Shown here: piece by piece, positions 57,450 through 64,000 of the stretch | Position numbering within the stretch: position 1 is the first letter of the stretch | Layout of the letters: every line of letters begins with the position of its first letter | Source: the human T2T-CHM13v2.0 reference genome, Homo sapiens | Length of the DNA: 64,000 bases | Strand: one strand, 5' to 3' | Assembly: GCF_009914755.1 (NCBI RefSeq) | Contig: NC_060926.1 | Notes under the pieces: generated by a model | What the model was told of the DNA's origin: nothing | The model's input: only the letters and a program-made list of their open reading frames with translations | Database searches by the model: none | Position numbers and translations under genes: made by a program

Positions 57450-58789
57450 TCACCATGGGGCTACCCCTCCAAGTCTTCTGCCTAATGTCTGCTTAGCCAG
57501 GTTAACCTGCCTGACCACGAAGTAGAGGGTAAGCTTAGCTGCCTAAACAAGGCCTTCCTCTGACTTTAACAGTCTGTTTTGGTTTGTTTTTCTAAATGGA
57601 ATGATTATGACCCAGAAAGGCATACAGACTTACTCTTAATTTTTTTAATAGTATCAAACATGCCGATTTTATAAAGTACACAATCTCTAGGGCACATATA
57701 TGCACATGCCTTGGTTGGGAGATATTTATTTCAGTAACTTTCCTAAGGCTAAAAATATTGAGAAAATTTAAAAAATGCTTAGCACTTTTCCCTAAGTATT
57801 TGCACAGATTATGTCGATATAATCTATAAAAATATTAATAGAAATTTTATTAGGAAATCTATTTTTATTATAGAAATATATACCACGGAGGAAAAAGCAA
57901 ATTTACCAAGACCCAATATCAAGGAATAACTAAGTACTATTTTTGAACTCTAGCAAAGAGGTGAACATTCCTTCAGCTGTTAAATACGGCATGTGTCCCA
58001 CAATTAGGTAGTAAAGTGACAGATTTATTTCTGCCACTTGTATTAGAACTTAGTTCCAATGATGCAGGGTGACTTGAGATTTTGTGCCCCATTTTGCACT
58101 TACCAAGCAGTCCCCATGTGCAATTTGTCCTGTCAATTGGCTCTTGGATGTGTGAAGCTTGGAAATATTGTCATTGTCACTGTCAAAGACAGAAGCGATT
58201 TATCTTGAAGGTACTGAAGTGTGCCCCTGAAGACAAAGTCACTTAATAAAAACGAGACCACATTGAAATACACATCCCCTCATGTGGCCCCTTCTGGTGA
58301 GCTGGACTTAGGATGATAAAACCTGGAGCTGTTCCACCCAGAGGCCCAAGAACAATTTATTTCCTGACAGGTCTGTTACCTCTCCCTCTGCTTTCTAGTC
58401 AGAAGAGTATGCTGAAAAGCGACAGAAATTCAGCAGAGCTCTCTAGGCCCTAACATGTTCACAACGAGAAAATTCTCTAAATGATAAATCAGTATCAAGC
58501 ACACTGCTTGAGTCATCCTGACAAATGGATTCAAGGGACAAACAGTGTGGCAGGTGAAAAATGTCACCAATTTTAGTCCTTGTAGCACTTTATCAATTCA
58601 TTTTCCTTCGTGCACAACTCATTAGGAATGGATCACAGAAGGCACTAAACATTTAGAAAGAATAATGTTGAGACAGCATGTGGTTAGAGGTCACAAACAC
58701 ACAAATCTACTGGCTACAAGTCTAGAGATTCTAGTAAGCAACCAGTGGAGATTTGGAACAAAAGAAGGAGAGGTACACTGAGGCTAATT

Positions 58790-59150
58790 AGACCTGGAAT
58801 TGTTATATATTCTAGGGAAATGAATACATATTTAAATAAAAACCTTTACATGAATGTTCATAACTTTATTTGCAATAGCCAAAAACTAGCAGTCCAGATG
58901 TCTTTCATCAGATAAATGGTTAAGTAAACTGCGGTACATCCATATCATGGGATACCACTCAGCAATAAGAAGGAATAAACTCTGATATGTGGAACAACTT
59001 GGATGAATCTCTGGGGGGAATTATACTGAGTCAAAGTCATCCTCCAAAGGTTACATACTATATGATTCTATTTATATATAAATTTTGATATAACAAAACT
59101 TTAGAACTGGAGAACAGATTACTGGTTGTCAGGGATTAGGGGCAGGGACT
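58790..59150 (+). mobile_element. L1MC/MD 3' fragment
   Basis: tttgcaatagccaaaaact...ccaaaggttacatactatatgattctattt...ggagaacagattactggttgtcaggg. Confidence 0.72.
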
Positions 59151-60269
59151 ACTTTTATTTATAATTATCAAAATGTATCATATATTTATGTTGTTCTGAT
59201 CAATGGATATTAATACTAATTGTAAGGATAACTCAAACCAAAGAAATATTTAAACTTAAAGATGTATTGTTACAGAAAATAATTTTTGAAAATTTCAATT
59301 GCTTATATATTTTTCTTGCAGAGAAAATATGACAGGGTAGACAATAAATGATTAAGCAACAGTTATGAAATCCACTCTCTCCCTTTATGAGGCAGAAAGG
59401 GAGGTAACCCTAGAGAAAGAAAGAACCTAGTCTAATCTTATTGTCAACTTGTTAATGACCACATCTTCTGCTGTTTGCAAGTAAGCAAATCCTTACCTGT
59501 GGAATTCTTTTTGTAGGATATACCTGTTTGCCTAGAATCGGTAAACAAACCTGAAATCTGTGGATTTATGGCATATAGCTTCCAAGAAAGAATCTCACAA
59601 TGTAACTAAGTATAAAATGGAGATGTTTCAAGATTAAAAGGGTGCCCTCTACTTAAGTAACGCCACTGTATACAGTATTAGGTATCTTCCGTGCCGATTT
59701 GAGCCAGACCATATATAACGCAGCGAGAAAGGACTGAGGGTGCTGTACTGACAGTCCTAGCTCACATTCTGTTTTGCTTGTGCTTTCTAATTATTTGGTT
59801 ATTTGTAATTATTAGTAAAGTTTGGTACTAGATGAGCTTTTTTATTTGAATACCCAATTCTTTGTGTAATCTCACAGAGTAACATATAAAAGACTGAACC
59901 ATAAACTTATATTAGGTTGAAATTCCGTGTGGAAAATAGAAGGGCTATTAAAGTTCAAGGAAAAACAACGATAAAATTTATGATTATTAAAGAAGAGCTT
60001 GTTCATGATAATTTTAAAGAGATGCCAGCTTGGTGTTTAGATTATATTAGCTACATCTAAAAGAGCCATGTAGAAAATTATTTAAAATGACAGTCTTTAA
60101 CATATGCTAGAAATTATATCCCTTGCAACTATTTAAACTTAGAACAAAAATATTTGATATATACTTAAAAATGTGCGGTTAACTAGAATATTAATATATT
60201 TGGTAGAAAACTGAATGAAATCCCTAGATTATCTCTTAACTGACGGATTCTTATTTAAAATATCTACTC

Positions 60270-62950
60270 GTAGTATCACATAATTAGAGAAATGCAAATT
60301 AAAACAACACTGAGATACCTCTCTCACCGGACATACTAATGAAAAGTAAAATGTATGGCCCATGTTCTGTTAGCAAGGCTGCAGAGAAACAGACACTCAT
60401 ATATTGATGGTTGGAATGCAACTTAGTACAACCCTTTTGGAAGGGAACTATCATTCTATAACAAAACTCTATATGTCTTTTGAATCATCAATATCATACC
60501 TAGGAATTTACAATGAAGGTACTCTTCAATATGAAAATACATAATCACAGTTTATCCAATGTTGCATTATTTGTAATCATAAGATACATAAAACAATCTA
60601 AATGCTCATACCAAATAAAGCAGTTGAATACATTACAGTAAATCCATCTAATCTACTATTCCACGTGTGAAAAGGAGTGAGAAAGAGTATATGTACTTAC
60701 ATGAAGTGACTTATTGGGTATATTGTTATGTGGAAAAAAAAAAAAAAAAGGCTGGGCACAGTGGCTCACGCCAGCAATCCCAGCACATTGGGAAGCTGAG
60801 GAGGGCGGATCACCTGAGGTCAGGAGTTTGAGACCAGCCTGGCCAACATGGTGAAAGCCCATCTCTACTAAAAATACAAAAAAAATCGCGGCACTGCACC
60901 CCAGCCTGGGCAACAAAGCAAGACATCGTCAACAAACAAACAAACAAACAAACAAACAAACAAAGTAAAAAAAATTGTTTTGTGTAAGCAAGTAGGGGAA
61001 GTGAAAGTGTATATTTTTATATATTTGTTTGTGAAAAAAGAAACCAGAAGAAAAAAACTGATTACCAACATGCAGTGGTTGCTTGGGAATGGAGTTAAAA
61101 TAATGGGGATGTGGGAATGGGTAGAAGGCATGAAGAAGTGATACTTCTTTAACTATACCTTTTTGTATAGTTGTGACTTGCAGAATCATGGATACAAAAA
61201 TTAACACAATCAAGAGAAACAGGGAGAAAATATTCAACATATAACCAAAGTAAAAATGAGTAAACCTAACTGGATTGCAAATGAAAAACATAACTGCAGT
61301 GAAGAGAGGAAAAAACAAGCTCAAATAACATTTTAACACAGTATTTGGACAATATTCCCTCTGGCTAAAGACAGAAAAACTATAAACCATCATTGTACTT
61401 TAGTTAGTAGGTTTATTTATCAAAGTGCCATAGACTTACAATGCTGAACTTACTTCATGTGTATTAAAGAAATAAGTTAAAAAGTAGCTATATAGTAAAT
61501 GTTGAGAACCATGTTTCTCATTGTTAAAGAGAGTTACAAATATGCAAAGCAGGGAGGCTACACAGAACCCTGGGACATTAGAGTGGAACTGGAGTAATTC
61601 CAAATCCATGGCTTTCAATATATCTAGATATGTAGACACTGACATCAATATACAGGTGAGTTTGTGTGTACATGCATATATACATATACTTCTTAGCTGT
61701 GCCTAGCACCCTGCGAGCAGTAATGTGCCAGTCACTGTGAGCGTAACTAAAGCCCAGATCTTGGTTTCTAAATATCATTCTCCACTAAAAGAAGCCATCC
61801 CTACTCAGACAGAGCTGTTTCAGGGCCGTCACACAAAACAGTGACATGGTCCTGGAACATCACGCTTTACCAGAAAGGAGGAAAGTGCCCAAAGAATGAT
61901 ATAAACATGTTCAAACGACAGAGGCACTTGAAGGGGCTCCTGCTGGCCAAACTGGGGACAATTAGACCATCAAAGTAAATTATTATAGTAATGATTACAA
62001 CCCACAGAATGGGTAGGAATCCATGAATCAATATTGATATAAATAGATAAATGAATAAATTGTAGGAAGAAAAAGAAAAGTTCCTATACTAGAACACAAA
62101 CTAATAAAGGTAAAAGAGGCGATGAGACTAGAAAATCACCGTTTGACTCCCAGTGAAGTAATAAATGTTGCAGGCAAGAAGTATCAGTGGATGCTAAAAT
62201 TTGGGACTAAACATCTGATGAGAAATTGGATATTTACACAGAAACAAAGTACCTCCACAAGACACCTATTATTTACAAATGGAGAGCAATAAATTCTCAA
62301 TGGACAAATCTAACACACCCCGTCACAACTAAGTGATAAAGTCATATACACTGTGAAGAATTCAACATTACTTCCATTACCCCCCTGCCAACCCCCTGAA
62401 CCCAATCTTACGGAAATGTTGAACAAATCCAAATGGAAGGGCATTGCTTAAACTTCCAAAGTATAAAGGTCAGAAAGACTGAGAAAGAATAAAGATCTGC
62501 TCCAGATTAAAGGACATTAATGAGACCAATCTCATTATCCTGGATCAGTTCCCGGGCACTCATTTACTTTTAGTTTGATATAAAGTACAATAGTTTACAA
62601 TTGTGAAAATATGAGTAATGTCTCTAGATTATAAAATAGTATTGTATAAATGTCAATTTTCTGATTTTGATAACTGTCCTGTGGATAAGAGAACCTCTTA
62701 CTTTCTAGAAACCATACTCTGAAGTACGGAGACATCATGTCTACATTTTGCTATCAAACAGTTCAAAAGACAATAATTGTGTGTCTGTAAGAGAAAAAGA
62801 TAGAAATATACACATACATATAGAATATAAATGATAAAGTAAATAAATATTGGGGGGAAATGGGAAAAAGAAACCTATGTATATTGAAATATTTTATAAT
62901 AATTTTTCAACTTCTTTTGTTAAAATTATTTCATAATAAAAAGCTAAAAG
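60270..62950 (+). mobile_element. L1MC4-like ORF2 end and long 3'UTR, interrupted by an Alu
   Basis: ataattagagaaatgcaaattaaaacaacactgagatac... through cccagatcttggtttctaaatatcattctccactaaaag to ttatttcataataaaaag. Confidence 0.68.
60750..60965 (+). mobile_element. AluS with ~100-bp internal deletion and a (CAAA)n tail
   Basis: The left monomer and A-linker join directly to atcgcggcactgcaccccagcctgggc. Confidence 0.88.
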
Positions 62951-63626
62951 GAATATCAATGAAGACGTGTCCTTGGCTCCATCTTAATTTAAGTGAAAAA
63001 GATGAAGATTTTCATGAGCATATACAGTTGACTAAGCAATGTTCATATCCTGAAGAGTAAATTTAAGATATATTCAAAAGACCTGTTTGTGATCAAAATC
63101 CACCCTCTCATGCTGGCTGGATCAATCTATTTTAGTGACATGTGACAAATTCTACTCTGACCGTCCTGGAGCACACATGTGTGTGGCAAGAAGAGGGCTG
63201 AGGGAGGAGGAGGAGAGTGTATCCAGGGATTTAACTGGAAAATACACCAGGTTAAAAATAGTACCTTTGGCAATAAAATCTGTGACCACTCAAAAGCTTT
63301 CAATGTCATATTCTACCTTCTCTTTACAAAATAGAACCCAATGCATGATGTGAAAGTAATTTTTAATGACTAGTCCCGTTACATTTTCATATTCTTAACA
63401 TAATCTTGGAACCACAGATTTTCTGCTATTACCTAATGAGCTGATCCAAGGAAATACTGTGACAATTTGACAATATTGTTACTATTCATCTCCATATTAG
63501 AGTTATTACATTGAAAAAAATCCTACAGGAGTTTCCTATTAGATTTTTTTCTTTTTTTTAATTTTTTTTGAGAGAGAGAGAGAAAGGGGGTAGCGCAGAA
63601 AGAGAGAGAGAGGAGAAAGGGAGAAA

Positions 63627-63923
63627 TTTTTTTTTTTTTTTGAGATGGAGTCTTGTTCTGTCTCCCAGGCTGAAGTGCAGTGGAGCGATCTTGGATCACT
63701 GCCACCTCCAATTCCTGGGTTCAAGCGATTCTCCTGCCTCAGCCTCCAGAGTAGCTGTGATTACAGGGGCTTGCCACCAAGCTCGGCTAATTTTTGTATT
63801 TTTAGTAGGGACGAGGTTTTGCCATGTTGGCCAGGCTGATCTCAAACTCCTAACCTCAGGTGATCCACCTGCCTCGGCCTCCCAAAGTGCTGAGATTACA
63901 GGTGTGAGCCACCATGCCTAGCT
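63627..63923 (-). mobile_element. AluSx-like
   Basis: Antisense full dimer. TSD gagaaattt at 63621-63629 and 63924-63932. Confidence 0.93.
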
Positions 63924-64000
63924 GAGAAATTTCTTTTTTAAGAAGGGAGAATGATATCAAATATTTAGAAATACAGAAGAAAGTACTGATAATATAGAGG

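Overview
Primate genomic DNA, almost certainly human, from the 3' end of the PID1 (NYGGF4) locus. The only supportable protein-coding feature is the terminal PID1 exon on the minus strand. It has a splice acceptor at 46717-46718, a 158-codon PTB/PID domain plus acidic tail ending at 46240, and a ~1.65 kb 3'UTR ending near AATAAA signals at ~44550-44620. Positions above 46716 are the last PID1 intron and positions below ~44570 are downstream intergenic DNA. The rest is transposon-rich (L1PA/L1M, Alu, MIR, L2, a THE1D provirus with a nested THE1A LTR, MLT1/MLT2, a MER52 LTR, Charlie1, MER45, MER63, MER5, MER33, Tigger4) and includes a full-length RPL17 processed pseudogene. I find no evidence of a new gene system, and almost all listed ORFs are repeat-derived noise. 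The notable signals are fossils of DNA capture and repair: a ~200 bp mitochondrial ND1 insertion (NUMT) inside an L1PA that is itself inside an L1MB, two apparent L1 3' transductions, a twin-primed inverted L1MA whose target site was re-used by an Alu, and several fold-back/templated-insertion scars. Repeat subfamily names come from recalled consensus sequences and need RepeatMasker confirmation.
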